64,000 bases of DNA, taken from positions 5,693-69,692 of IMG/VR virus record IMGVR_UViG_3300006108_000015, one strand, 5' to 3'. The position numbers were made by a program, and so were the translations under genes. The notes below the pieces were generated by a model, which was given only the letters and a program-made list of their open reading frames with translations, searched no databases and had not been told where the DNA came from. Shown piece by piece: positions 46,639 to 56,924 of the stretch. This stretch comes from a virus. Every line of letters begins with the position of its first letter. Position 1 is the first letter of the stretch.

Positions 46639-48350
46639 TATATCACCTGACTGAAATTGTTTTTCTTATCAAACCGAATCACACTCCTAAATTTGTCAAA
46701 GAGTTGATCACCTTTATGACTGATCACGAACAAATTGGTGTCTGTGGTCAAGTCTTTTAATATGTCCATTAATAAATCTACTGAAACGGTATCTAAACTA
46801 CTATCAAAAATCTCATCTAAAATCAACAGATTGGTATTCATAGAGTTCTTCAACTTAGCAACTTGTCTCCAAGTAAGAAGAAGAGCCAAATCAATCTTTT
46901 GTTTCTCACCTTCTGAAAAGTTTGCATAAGTAAATTCATCACGAAATCTGGACTTGATTGTTTCTTCAAAGTTTTCATTGATATTGAAATTAACAAAGAA
47001 GTCCATCGATGCCAAATATTTGTTGATCAACTTATTCATGATCGGTAAATATTGCTTGATGATTTTTGTTTTAATGCCAGTATCTTTTAGTAGAGATGAA
47101 GCGTATTCATAATACTGTCGATCATTCAATATTGTCTCATATTCTTGATTCAATGTCAACAGATTATCATTCAATTCTTTCAGTTTAGAATTCTCTTCTG
47201 CTAGATTATCTTTTCTATTTGTGAGATCCTGAATTTCTTTCTGGGTTTTACTAATATACTTCGTGATCGCATTAATCGTAGAATTGTGCTTAACAATTTC
47301 AGAATTATGATCGGATATGTGTTTGATTAATTTATTAATTTCTTCAATTCTGGCGTTAACACTTTCAATTTGTTTTCCGATATCGACAAGTCCAGTTCTC
47401 TGAGTTTCTTGTTTCTCTTGTTTTTCCAGAATAGATTTTTGTTTAAAACTTTCTTCAATCTCTTGTTTGCATGTAGGGCACTGGTCATTACTCTCATAGA
47501 ACTCAATCTCCTTTTTTATTTTTTGGATATTTGATTCAAGTTTTGCTTCAAGTTGAACTAACTTTTTGCTCTTACTTTCAACTAAAGGTTTGTCATCAAT
47601 TTTTGATTGAAGTATGTCGATGTGTTTTTGAATTCCTTTGATATCTCTATTCAAGTCTTTGATTTGATTCTGACTTGTTTCTATTTCTCGGTTCTTCTTT
47701 TCAATTTCTTTGTCACTATGATTTTTATGTTCTTCAATGTTGTGATTCTGAAGTTCTATCTTCTCTTTGGTTAGTTCAATGTCATATTTAACTTTGGTAA
47801 GATTATCTTTGATCAAAGTCATCTTTTCTTTCACCAAAAGATTCATTGACGAGAAGATTTGAATATCTAGTAGATCCTCAATGATGGATCTCCGATCAGC
47901 AGGAGACAACTGCATGAATGGAACAAACGATGCGGATCCTAGAATCACAACTTGAGTAAACGACTTGAAGTTTATTTTTAGAATATTTCTTTCAAGGTGT
48001 TCTTGATAATCTCTAACGGACGAATCTTGATTGAGTAAAATACCATCACAATATATTTCAAAGATGTTTGGTTTCAATCCACGAACAACTTTATATTGCT
48101 TAGTGCCGATAGAAAATTCAATCTCTACAACACCATCTCGTTGATTGATAGAGTTGAGTAGAGAAGGTTTATTGATTTTACGGAATGGTTTACCAAACAA
48201 TCCAAAACAGAGAGCATCAAGAATGGTTGACTTACCTGCTCCATTACTACCAACAATAAGAGTATCTGTGGATCGTGTTAAATTAATCTCAGTAAATACA
48301 TTACCAGTACTGAGTATGTTTTTCCATCGTATGGTTTTGAAAAGTATCAT
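46638..48350 (-). CDS. 46: Rad50/SbcC-like recombination ATPase
   Basis: GSNGAGKST, CPTC hook, FSEGEK, ILDE. Confidence 0.95.
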   Translation of the reverse strand: MILFKTIRWKNILSTGNVFTEINLTRSTDTLIVGSNGAGKSTILDALCFGLFGKPFRKINKPSLLNSINQRDGVVEIEFSIGTKQYKVVRGLKPNIFEIYCDGILLNQDSSVRDYQEHLERNILKINFKSFTQVVILGSASFVPFMQLSPADRRSIIEDLLDIQIFSSMNLLVKEKMTLIKDNLTKVKYDIELTKEKIELQNHNIEEHKNHSDKEIEKKNREIETSQNQIKDLNRDIKGIQKHIDILQSKIDDKPLVESKSKKLVQLEAKLESNIQKIKKEIEFYESNDQCPTCKQEIEESFKQKSILEKQEKQETQRTGLVDIGKQIESVNARIEEINKLIKHISDHNSEIVKHNSTINAITKYISKTQKEIQDLTNRKDNLAEENSKLKELNDNLLTLNQEYETILNDRQYYEYASSLLKDTGIKTKIIKQYLPIMNKLINKYLASMDFFVNFNINENFEETIKSRFRDEFTYANFSEGEKQKIDLALLLTWRQVAKLKNSMNTNLLILDEIFDSSLDTVSVDLLMDILKDLTTDTNLFVISHKGDQLFDKFRSVIRFDKKNNFSQVI

Positions 48351-49429
48351 ACTTGTTCTAGACTTTGAGCCTCAACATATAGTTCACGCAATAGGGATTT
48401 TAGACGATTGTTGTCTACTTGACTGTTTGATTGACTATCAACAAAGTTATTAATAATAGTCAAGGTATCTTCAGCCTGATCAATAGTATCATCTTCCAAT
48501 TCTTCTGTCAAGATGGTAAAATCTTCAACAATACTAATATCAGCAGGATTTTCACTATACAGATTATTCATAAATTTATCAAAGACATAAGGATTTGATT
48601 TGTTTACAACAATCACTTTGACATATGCATTTTTATATTGTGAGAAATCTTTGTTAGTCAAATCTTCTATTGATGTTTCTTTATCATCATATACGATTTT
48701 ATGGAAGATGACATTAGGATTAGGAATGAACTCTATGGAACGATCTGCCAAATCAAACAGATGAAACCCTCTAGCATCATTGTAATCTTGCCAGGTGAGT
48801 TGGTAAGGGTTACCAAGATAGTGAATGTTACCGTTACTAGATTTGTGATGATAGTGACCAGAGAATGTCATGTCGAATTTAGAAAATAGACTAGGAGATA
48901 AACCACCTTCACATACAGCACCCGGATGCATCACAAAACCATCAATCTCAAAATGACCCATACAAATTTCAGCAGATGTATTTTTAATTTCTGCCATACA
49001 ATATAGATAATTCTCTTGGCATATCCAAGGAATCATACACACATCATGAGATGTATTTTGATAATCTAAATGAATAGTTTGAGGAGTATCAATAACATGA
49101 ATATTATCATACTCTTGTAGAAGAAGTTCTGGTGAATTTACATCATTGGTATTTTTATATGTCGTATCGTGGTTTCCTACCAACATATAAACTTGAATAT
49201 CCCTCTCTGCTAAAGGATCAAAAAACATATCTTTAGCACGTTTAAGTGAATAAAAGTTTATATATTTCCGTCTATCGAATGTATCACCCAAAATGAGAAC
49301 AGTAGTAATATTATTACTGTCAATATTGGAAAAGAATGTTTCAGCATAGAATTTCTCGTAGTAGTCTAGAAAAATTAAACTATCATTTCTTGCGCCAAAA
49401 TGTTGATCCGTTATAATTGCAACTTTCAA
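48347..49429 (-). CDS. 47: Mre11/SbcD-like nuclease
   Basis: TDQHFG, GDTFD, GNHD, SGHYH. Confidence 0.95.
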   Translation of the reverse strand: MKVAIITDQHFGARNDSLIFLDYYEKFYAETFFSNIDSNNITTVLILGDTFDRRKYINFYSLKRAKDMFFDPLAERDIQVYMLVGNHDTTYKNTNDVNSPELLLQEYDNIHVIDTPQTIHLDYQNTSHDVCMIPWICQENYLYCMAEIKNTSAEICMGHFEIDGFVMHPGAVCEGGLSPSLFSKFDMTFSGHYHHKSSNGNIHYLGNPYQLTWQDYNDARGFHLFDLADRSIEFIPNPNVIFHKIVYDDKETSIEDLTNKDFSQYKNAYVKVIVVNKSNPYVFDKFMNNLYSENPADISIVEDFTILTEELEDDTIDQAEDTLTIINNFVDSQSNSQVDNNRLKSLLRELYVEAQSLEQV

Positions 49430-49474
49430 TCAAATATCTCCATTATATATTTTATACTATGTATCGTGATAGTA

Positions 49475-50062
49475 TCAAGAATCAAACCACCAATCTTTAC
49501 CGTCTGTAGTTAAACCACAATCTAAAGAAAAGAATGTACATTTGCATTCTTTTGCAAACATTTTTGAGATTTTTTCACCAAATTCGGTAAAACAGAATTG
49601 CTCTATTTTTTCATTTCCGATATTTGAAACATCAATATTGTCAATATCTGTTATTTTTGGCATAGGTGTCCAAACATCTTCAATCAAACCGATATACAAA
49701 GAATCAAAAACTTGTCTAGAGTTTATGTAAGGAGGTTCAAACAATGATGTTTTTTCTGGCCAATTTTCTTCATCATCGTCAAAGTTAATAGTTGAAGACC
49801 ATTCTGAATATTTTCTACCAATATAATCCGACTTAAAAACTACATAGATAGTATCACCTTTATCGTTTTCCAAATACATCCGATAAACATCATCATCATA
49901 TCCATAATATACTTCATCTGGATTTAATCCATACTCCACTCGTTCTTCTTCGGTTAGAGTATTGGGTTCAAACCAGGTGTGTATAAAAGGATGAATCCAC
50001 TTTTCTTCGCCATACATTATGTAAAGTGGTTCAGTATCAACAAATTCAAAGTTTTCTATCAT
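49475..50062 (-). CDS. acidic hypothetical protein
   Basis: ORF between cytidylyltransferase gene and 47. Confidence 0.55.
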   Translation of the reverse strand: MIENFEFVDTEPLYIMYGEEKWIHPFIHTWFEPNTLTEEERVEYGLNPDEVYYGYDDDVYRMYLENDKGDTIYVVFKSDYIGRKYSEWSSTINFDDDEENWPEKTSLFEPPYINSRQVFDSLYIGLIEDVWTPMPKITDIDNIDVSNIGNEKIEQFCFTEFGEKISKMFAKECKCTFFSLDCGLTTDGKDWWFDS

Positions 50063-50083
50063 AATATTTAATATCCAAATGAA

Positions 50084-50497
50084 TTATTTTTTGATTGCGT
50101 TTAACACCCTCTGTCTAAGTTCTGTGGTGCTAAAACTATGTTTTCGAGAATTATAGTATACATTCATAGACAAGTTATGACCAGTATACTGTTTATCTCG
50201 ATACTCTTCACCAATGATTCTAACATCAATTGGATGAGATGTCAAGATATCTAACAACTCTTTTTCTGTAGCATACGGAATGATCTCATCCACATACTTA
50301 CATGCCTGTACTTGTGCGAATCTTTCAAAAACTGACTGTACTGGTTTGTTCTTTTCTGGTCTATCAATAGTTGGATCAGTTTGAAGTCCCACTATGAGAT
50401 AATCACACTGTTGTTTTGCTTCTTTAATCATCATCACATGACCGGCGTGAAATAAATCGAAACAACTACAAGTAAATCCAATAGTTTTTTTATCCAT
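50084..50497 (-). CDS. glycerol-3-phosphate cytidylyltransferase-like (TagD family)
   Basis: FDLFHAGH, YVDEI, RKHSFSTTELR. Confidence 0.85.
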   Translation of the reverse strand: MDKKTIGFTCSCFDLFHAGHVMMIKEAKQQCDYLIVGLQTDPTIDRPEKNKPVQSVFERFAQVQACKYVDEIIPYATEKELLDILTSHPIDVRIIGEEYRDKQYTGHNLSMNVYYNSRKHSFSTTELRQRVLNAIKK

Positions 50498-51096
50498 TAT
50501 TCCTCCATAAATTTTTCAAGTCCTTTCTCTCCATCTTTTGATTTTTTAATAATCTTTCTTACTCGCTTTTTCTCTTTTTGAACTTCTTCAAAGTTACCTA
50601 TAAATTCTGAAATATTTTCATACATTTCAAACTGTTTTGTTGATCCTGTATCTGGATCCATAATTTCATATTCTTCCATGATACCAAAGTTTTCAGTTGA
50701 TTTATACTTGATATACAACTGCTTCTTTTCTTTGGCAATTCTTCTTAAAAATGCAAAGTACACGATCTGTGTGAAATATGCAAATGGATTACTAGATTTA
50801 TCTGGATCAAAATTTGAAAAGTACATGAGACAGTTTTCAACTGCATCAGCCACCATTTCATCTCTGTAGGTATAATTAATGTAGTTTGGTTTATGCGAGA
50901 AACCTTCAGCAATCTTCATGAAGCACTCACCAATATAATTTGGTATAGGTGGTTCAGATTTCCCTTGTTCTTTGGCATCTTTACACTTCTGTTTATAATC
51001 TATAAGTGCTTGTAAAAAATCAGCATTATTGACATATGCTTTCTTTTTCTTTTCGATTTTCACTTCAACTTTTTCTTCCATAATAATCACTTCCAT
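50497..51096 (-). CDS. 55: late-transcription sigma factor
   Basis: YVNNADF, NYTYRDEM, NPFAYFTQI..AFLRRI.KEKKQ. Confidence 0.95.
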   Translation of the reverse strand: MEVIIMEEKVEVKIEKKKKAYVNNADFLQALIDYKQKCKDAKEQGKSEPPIPNYIGECFMKIAEGFSHKPNYINYTYRDEMVADAVENCLMYFSNFDPDKSSNPFAYFTQIVYFAFLRRIAKEKKQLYIKYKSTENFGIMEEYEIMDPDTGSTKQFEMYENISEFIGNFEEVQKEKKRVRKIIKKSKDGEKGLEKFMEE

Positions 51097-51137
51097 ATAA
51101 TAAATTAAAAATATTTACAAAAAACTTACAAAAATAC

Positions 51138-51166
51138 TTGACAAACCACTTGACAGTGTGTATATT
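51138..51166 (+). promoter_or_regulatory. plus-strand sigma70-like promoter, antisense to the gene run
   Basis: TTGACA-N17-TATATT. Confidence 0.5.
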
Positions 51167-51205
51167 CGACTATGACCCTCTTTCAGATTATAGTATTAGT
51201 TATAT

Positions 51206-51589
51206 CTAGTGTATAACAACATTATTATCTTCTTGTAGTTCTTCCATTGCCATACTTATAGATTCCATCTCATCCTCAAGTTCATCTTCATCTAAATCAT
51301 CTTTACCAGCAAACAAATTCTTGATATGTTCCACAGTGTTCATATAATACTGTGTCAGTTCATCGTTGGGTTCAACCACGCAAATAATATCTTTTGCCTG
51401 TAAGATAGTCTCATTCTTTTTAATGAGTTGAATAGGTAACCAATGTTGAAGAATCAATCCCATGTGTGTACCTCGATGATGCATCTCAACCAACATTGGT
51501 TCAGAAATTCTGATTATAGTATCTTCTATCTCAAATGATGCGATAATATCATCACCATTCTGTAATCTTATTAAGCGGATATTGTTCAT
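51206..51589 (-). CDS. Sm-like-fold hypothetical protein
   Basis: IRLQNGDDII; sits between uvsW and 55. Confidence 0.65.
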   Translation of the reverse strand: MNNIRLIRLQNGDDIIASFEIEDTIIRISEPMLVEMHHRGTHMGLILQHWLPIQLIKKNETILQAKDIICVVEPNDELTQYYMNTVEHIKNLFAGKDDLDEDELEDEMESISMAMEELQEDNNVVIH

Positions 51590-53088
51590 TTTTTTAATCC
51601 TATCTTGTAGATTTTAAATGGGAACTTCTCTTCATTGTAAATTCGACATCTTTCAATGAAATGTTTTAACGTGAAGTTCATATATTTATTGTGTCTCAAA
51701 TCATCAGCAATATCATATAGTGTTGCTATTTCTTTTCCTTCTGACTGTCTAAGTCCTCGTCCAATTGATTGAAGATTTCTGATACGACTTTTAGACGGCG
51801 ATGCAAAGATAATGTTATGTAAATTCCGTATATTGGTACCGGTTGAGAAACAACCAAATGATGCAATTATTATAGCATTATTTTCTATTTCCATTATTTT
51901 TCTAATGTTTTCTCTATCTGAAGTTTCTACACCACCATGTACAAAGAACACTTTTCTATCACCTATTTTTTCTGATGATTTAATAATATTATACAGATTT
52001 TTTCCATGTTTGTCAACGAGTTGGAACAAAACCAATGTATTTTTTTCTAATGAAATGGCTAAGTTTTTAATGAATTTATTTCTCTGTTCATTTAGAATTA
52101 AATACTCAATTTCTTCTTGATATGTCATTTCCGAAACTTGTTCACAACACTCATCGGAATGTTTTAGTATTAGACATTTTATGGTGAATGGTGATAATTG
52201 ATTTTTGTCAATCAGTTCTTTGGTAGTTGTAACTTGTTTGACTTTACCAAAAACACCTTCAAGGATTAACTTATGTGTTTTTGTTCCATCTAATGTACCA
52301 GTTAGTCCAATTCTATACTTGGTGTTGATCAAACTGGACATAATATATTGAAGAGACTGTGCTTTGAATAGATGACACTCATCTCCAATCACATAGTCAA
52401 ATTGTTCGAAATATTCTTTAGGCATCTTGTAAATAGATTGCCATGTAGATATAATGAGTTTTTTCTCAGATACTTTATCTCTTCCTTGAAACACATAGTG
52501 TACGTGTGAATCAACATCAAAGTCAGTTTCACTAGAATAATCTTCAAAATCAGAATACAACTGTGAAACGAGAGATGTTGTGGGTACAATAATCAAACCT
52601 TTTAGGTTTTGGTAATCTAGTAACTGTCTAAACAAAAGATAGATGATAAGAGATTTACCTGATGCAGTAGGAGAAAGAAGTAGTCCTCTTCTATTTCTCA
52701 TGATATGTATAAATGCATCTCTTTGATGATCTCTTACTTCTATTTTCTTTTCACGGGAATGTAAATCAAGATATTCAAAAAACTTAGTTGCATGATATAC
52801 TGGATAATCATCAGTAGTATCTAGATTATCCGCATATTCAAATGTGTAATCTCTTTCTTTACAAAACTCTTCAATGTATGATAGAAGTCCAAGATATATC
52901 TGTGATGTTTGTAGATTGAATAATCTAATTTTACCATCCCAAATTCTATTTCGAAATGCTGGAACAAATTGGTGTCCAGGAACCATGAATGAAAAGAATT
53001 CATGAAGTTCTTTTGCAATATCTTTCTCACATTTTACATGAGCATACACCTCATTTATTTTGGAGATAATAAGTTTATTGTCCGGCAA
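51586..53088 (-). CDS. uvsW: SF2 helicase
   Basis: SPTASGKS, GDECH, GLTGT, QSIGRGLR. Confidence 0.95.
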   Translation of the reverse strand: MPDNKLIISKINEVYAHVKCEKDIAKELHEFFSFMVPGHQFVPAFRNRIWDGKIRLFNLQTSQIYLGLLSYIEEFCKERDYTFEYADNLDTTDDYPVYHATKFFEYLDLHSREKKIEVRDHQRDAFIHIMRNRRGLLLSPTASGKSLIIYLLFRQLLDYQNLKGLIIVPTTSLVSQLYSDFEDYSSETDFDVDSHVHYVFQGRDKVSEKKLIISTWQSIYKMPKEYFEQFDYVIGDECHLFKAQSLQYIMSSLINTKYRIGLTGTLDGTKTHKLILEGVFGKVKQVTTTKELIDKNQLSPFTIKCLILKHSDECCEQVSEMTYQEEIEYLILNEQRNKFIKNLAISLEKNTLVLFQLVDKHGKNLYNIIKSSEKIGDRKVFFVHGGVETSDRENIRKIMEIENNAIIIASFGCFSTGTNIRNLHNIIFASPSKSRIRNLQSIGRGLRQSEGKEIATLYDIADDLRHNKYMNFTLKHFIERCRIYNEEKFPFKIYKIGLKK

Positions 53089-53509
53089 TGAAACGCTCCC
53101 ATTGACAAAAATCTCTTAGTTGAAAAGTCCTAGATTTTAATTCAGACATAATGGCTTCAATTACAGAAACACATTCATCATGATATACTTTCTTTTCTAG
53201 AAGTTTAATCAAATCATTATCAGATTCTAGATAGGTTGATATATCAGATTTGAGTGTATATCTAAATGGTTCCCAACCGTGTTCTTCCAATTCTTCTTGT
53301 GACATTTTACCGGTGTAATATTCCCACTTTGTTTTCTTCATACGAAGATAATCATAGTTTGCCTTCTTGGAAGCAATCTTATGTTTCGTTAATATGGTGA
53401 GATATTTGTTGTGAAGTGTTGGGATTTTAATGAGTTCTTTACCAGGTTCTGTCTGGTCTATAACAGAATCGGATTCCCAATGTTTTAGTATTTGATCAAG
53501 ATTTTCCAT
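53075..53509 (-). CDS. uvsY: recombination mediator
   Basis: LHNKYL, WEYYTGK, C-terminal RFIAG; synteny. Confidence 0.88.
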   Translation of the reverse strand: MENLDQILKHWESDSVIDQTEPGKELIKIPTLHNKYLTILTKHKIASKKANYDYLRMKKTKWEYYTGKMSQEELEEHGWEPFRYTLKSDISTYLESDNDLIKLLEKKVYHDECVSVIEAIMSELKSRTFQLRDFCQWERFIAGQ

Positions 53510-53524
53510 AATATTATCAATTAA

Positions 53525-54055
53525 TTAAGTTACAAATTCAAAATATTCATACCTAAATGATGCCGATGTTGTAATGATATCATCAGCAGATTGAGATGTA
53601 TCAAAAGTGATATCTGAGAGTGACACAGGAAACATGTTTATAAAATTAACTTTCAGTATTGGATTATTTAGTGCTGATAAAATAGTGAGTGTGGAATCAG
53701 AAAAATTCTTAAATCTGGTATTCGGTGTATATTGATTTTGAAGTTCAGTCAGCCGATTGCGTTCATCAAATCCTTGAGGTGATGCAATAGCTTGAAACCA
53801 GTTATACAGTTGCTTCCAAGATTCTAGTTGTTCATCTACAATAAAATTAATATTAAATTCATTATATGATAATTTGTTTCCAGGTGAGTAAATATCCATT
53901 ATTGGTGTATTAGTTGTTACTTCACCCAAACTAATACCTGGAATATTTAATGATTGACAGAAATATTGAGTTGTACTAATTCGATCAAATACAAGAATAT
54001 ATTTGGTTGGTTGTAGTAAATTAGTATTCTGTGGAGTTCTACCTAATGCGGTCAT
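53525..54055 (-). CDS. 3: tail completion / sheath stabilizer
   Basis: YFCQSLNIPGISLG, FIVDE, FPVSLS. Confidence 0.85.
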   Translation of the reverse strand: MTALGRTPQNTNLLQPTKYILVFDRISTTQYFCQSLNIPGISLGEVTTNTPIMDIYSPGNKLSYNEFNINFIVDEQLESWKQLYNWFQAIASPQGFDERNRLTELQNQYTPNTRFKNFSDSTLTILSALNNPILKVNFINMFPVSLSDITFDTSQSADDIITTSASFRYEYFEFVT

Positions 54056-54240
54056 TTCTTAATTTCCAATATGGATTCCGTTTCAATCATTACAATAATT
54101 TTATTAGTAATGTTTATTTCACTTTGAATAATAGACATGCGTAACCTAAGTTCGTCAAGTTGTTTCTTGTAGAACTCTAACTCTTTTTCTTTACGCTTTT
54201 TGAGATCAATAAGATCGGTGATTAAAATTATTTCGCTCAT
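54052..54240 (-). CDS. small coiled-coil protein
   Basis: ORF right after a late promoter. Confidence 0.6.
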   Translation of the reverse strand: MSEIILITDLIDLKKRKEKELEFYKKQLDELRLRMSIIQSEINITNKIIVMIETESILEIKK

Positions 54241-54245
54241 GTGAT

Positions 54246-54253
54246 TATTTATA
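54246..54253 (-). promoter_or_regulatory. T4-type late promoter
   Basis: TATAAATA. Confidence 0.7.
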
Positions 54254-54257
54254 AGAC

Positions 54258-54288
54258 AAAAAAAGAGGGAAGATTTCTCTTCCCTCTT
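54258..54288 (-). terminator. intrinsic terminator after major capsid gene
   Basis: AGAGGGAAGA...TCTTCCCTCT followed by a U tract. Confidence 0.8.
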
Positions 54289-54329
54289 AAGACCACTCTT
54301 AATGGTGGTTTTATCAGTAACTCATTGAA

Positions 54330-55652
54330 TCACATCAAATTTTTGACAGAAAATAAACGGTAGTAAACATTTGAACGTGCATTCAACTGTCCATTACCTG
54401 CTGTTAGGCCTTGTGCAAATGGGTTTGCAACCATGCCATAACGTGTCTTAAATCCAATCTTTGGTTGGAATGTGTACTGATCAACTGCACGAACCATTTG
54501 TAGAGGAACGTATGGGCAGTAGAATAGACCAGCGTCATAAGGTGATGAACCCTTATAACCAATTGTAACCAACTCTTGGTTAGATGTGTAACCACCAAAG
54601 TATGGATCAATGTAAACCTTGATACGACCATGTAGAAGACCAGCAAATGTATTGCCTGTATCGTCAACTTGTAGATCAGCTTGTAGTGCTGGTGTGTATG
54701 ATAGAACACCTGCCATAGCCATTGCTGAAGCAACGTCTGAAGAAACGATCAATACATTACCTTTACCTCTACGTGTCTGCTTTGCAATTACGTTAGCATC
54801 ACGTTCAATTTGGAAGATCAAACCTTTGAAACGCTCAACTGACCAACGGCCATTTGAATCTGTATCTAGGTCAAAGTAACCTGGAGTTACTGTACCGTAC
54901 TGAGCACCTGCAACAGCGCATGTGTAAATTGTACGGATAACTTCACGGTTGATCTCAGCAAGAATCTCTGTTGAAAGAATGTTTGACAATTCTGTTTCAG
55001 CATCTAGACCATGAATTGCTTTCAAGTCTTGTGCCAATTCTAGAGAGTATTCAGCCTTTAACGCACGAGATTGAGCAGTAACAGTAACTTTCTCAATACT
55101 GAATGCCATTTGCTGGAATGGATTGCCTACATCTGAACCCAAGAATTCAGCATTTGCTGTTGGCATACCGATACCAGTTGTGGTATGGAGTGATGTTGGG
55201 TTTTGTGTATCTGTTGCAACGTCTTTTGAGTTGTTGCCTTGGAAACCATATGGATTGTTAGCAGAACCAACACCAGAGAAGATTGTATTTGCTTCGTTAT
55301 AGAATGCCTCATCGCCTGATTGATTAGCATAACGGGCACGCATTGCGAAGATCAAACCTGTTGGACCAGTCATTGGTTGAACACCAGCAACGTCATAAGC
55401 GATCAAGTTTGGTAGTGAACGGCGAACCAATGAAATCAAGATTGGGTCAAAGTTCTGAACTGCACCACCAGTTACGTTTGTTGGGCCATTGTCTGTCTCG
55501 TTCAACTGCATTGCATCTTGACGCATTGCTTGATGTTGATTTTCTAGTACAAGTGCTGTAACAGCACGCTTGTATGGATCTTTAATGGTTTCTAGTTCTG
55601 GATGCTCAAGAACTGGCTTCCATTTGTTTTGTAGTTCTTCGGTCATAAACAT
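54330..55652 (-). CDS. 23: major capsid protein
   Basis: GVQPMTGPTGLIFAMR, RALKAEYSLELAQDLKAIHGLDAE, FQPKIGFKTRYG. Confidence 0.97.
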   Translation of the reverse strand: MFMTEELQNKWKPVLEHPELETIKDPYKRAVTALVLENQHQAMRQDAMQLNETDNGPTNVTGGAVQNFDPILISLVRRSLPNLIAYDVAGVQPMTGPTGLIFAMRARYANQSGDEAFYNEANTIFSGVGSANNPYGFQGNNSKDVATDTQNPTSLHTTTGIGMPTANAEFLGSDVGNPFQQMAFSIEKVTVTAQSRALKAEYSLELAQDLKAIHGLDAETELSNILSTEILAEINREVIRTIYTCAVAGAQYGTVTPGYFDLDTDSNGRWSVERFKGLIFQIERDANVIAKQTRRGKGNVLIVSSDVASAMAMAGVLSYTPALQADLQVDDTGNTFAGLLHGRIKVYIDPYFGGYTSNQELVTIGYKGSSPYDAGLFYCPYVPLQMVRAVDQYTFQPKIGFKTRYGMVANPFAQGLTAGNGQLNARSNVYYRLFSVKNLM

Positions 55653-55673
55653 GAGTGAATCTCCTTGTTTTTC

Positions 55674-56864
55674 TTATTTGTTAAGAGTTTTTGAAATTGT
55701 TTGTGCATATGCATTAATTGAAGGATCAAATGAACTTGAATTTTTCTTAGGTTCATCTTCAATGATAACTTCTTCGTTCAATGTATTGTTGTTAGCATAA
55801 TTTACTTTGAAATATGATTCTTTCAATGTTTCAATTTTACTAACGAATTCATCCTCAGTAGTAAACTCAATACTCTCTGCGAGTCCTTTTAGTTTTTCTA
55901 CTTGAGTCTGAGTTAGGCCTTCACACGCTGTGTAGATTGCCTCAATTTTTTTCTGTTCGTTTAATTCTTGTGTTAAGTAAACATTATTGTTGATTTCTTC
56001 GTTGAGTGAAGATTCTAGTTCTGCAACACGAGCAGCCAATTCTTCAACAACATCAACTTTCTCTTCTGGAACTTCAATATAGTTCTCAACGAAAAGATTA
56101 TGTAGACCATTCAAGAATTCTTCTGTAATTTCTGCACGGAGACCAGATTCGATAGCAACTTCATTCTCTGCCATCCATTCTGCTGCCATGTATTCTAGAT
56201 ATGCATCAACTTTTTCAGCCAAATCTTGTTTAACTTCTTCAACAGCAATTTCAAATTGCTCAATTAGTTGATTCTCTGCTTCTGCAATAACTTCTTCAGC
56301 ACGAGCAATAACTGCTGCTTCAAAAATCATAGTTGCTTTAGAAACAAACTCTTCTGATAGATTCTCACCTTGCATTAGAGCATTGATATCTTCACCGTAT
56401 GACTGGAATGTTGCACCTGGATTTTTCATCATGGTTTGTGTTGGCATTTTACCAGCAACACGGTCACGAATGTTTTCGTAATCTGTAGCAGATGTCTGTG
56501 CTGTCATTCTTAGATCGGAACGACCCATGGTCTCTTGTGGCTGACCTTTTAGTGTTGTGTAACCAACGCCATCTTTCTCTGAACCAACTGGTGGTGTTGC
56601 ACCTGGTGGTGTTGCTGTTGGTGTACCTTTTAGGTAATCTGGTAGGTGGTCATCTTGCATCTCTGGTGACTGGCCAATTAGACCGGCATCTTTTTCACCA
56701 TATGCTACAGAAGTTGATAATTTATCATCGCCAACTTCACCCATTTTGTGTGCATCTTGACCACGCATTGCTCTTTTTGCGGCAATATTAGAGTCAAAAG
56801 TTGACTTTGAATCTTCACCCAATAAGACTTCTTTAGCGGCTTCAGACAAATTAAAATTTCCCAT
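55674..56864 (-). CDS. 22: prohead core scaffold protein
   Basis: LSEEF..KA..IFEAAV, W..ENEVAIESGLR; synteny. Confidence 0.9.
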   Translation of the reverse strand: MGNFNLSEAAKEVLLGEDSKSTFDSNIAAKRAMRGQDAHKMGEVGDDKLSTSVAYGEKDAGLIGQSPEMQDDHLPDYLKGTPTATPPGATPPVGSEKDGVGYTTLKGQPQETMGRSDLRMTAQTSATDYENIRDRVAGKMPTQTMMKNPGATFQSYGEDINALMQGENLSEEFVSKATMIFEAAVIARAEEVIAEAENQLIEQFEIAVEEVKQDLAEKVDAYLEYMAAEWMAENEVAIESGLRAEITEEFLNGLHNLFVENYIEVPEEKVDVVEELAARVAELESSLNEEINNNVYLTQELNEQKKIEAIYTACEGLTQTQVEKLKGLAESIEFTTEDEFVSKIETLKESYFKVNYANNNTLNEEVIIEDEPKKNSSSFDPSINAYAQTISKTLNK

Positions 56865-56893
56865 TTTTGAAAATCTCCTTGATTTGTATTGTT

Positions 56894-56901
56894 TATTTAT
56901 A
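56894..56901 (-). promoter_or_regulatory. T4-type late promoter
   Basis: TATAAATA. Confidence 0.7.
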
Positions 56902-56924
56902 ATACTATGATTTTATAGTAGGTT

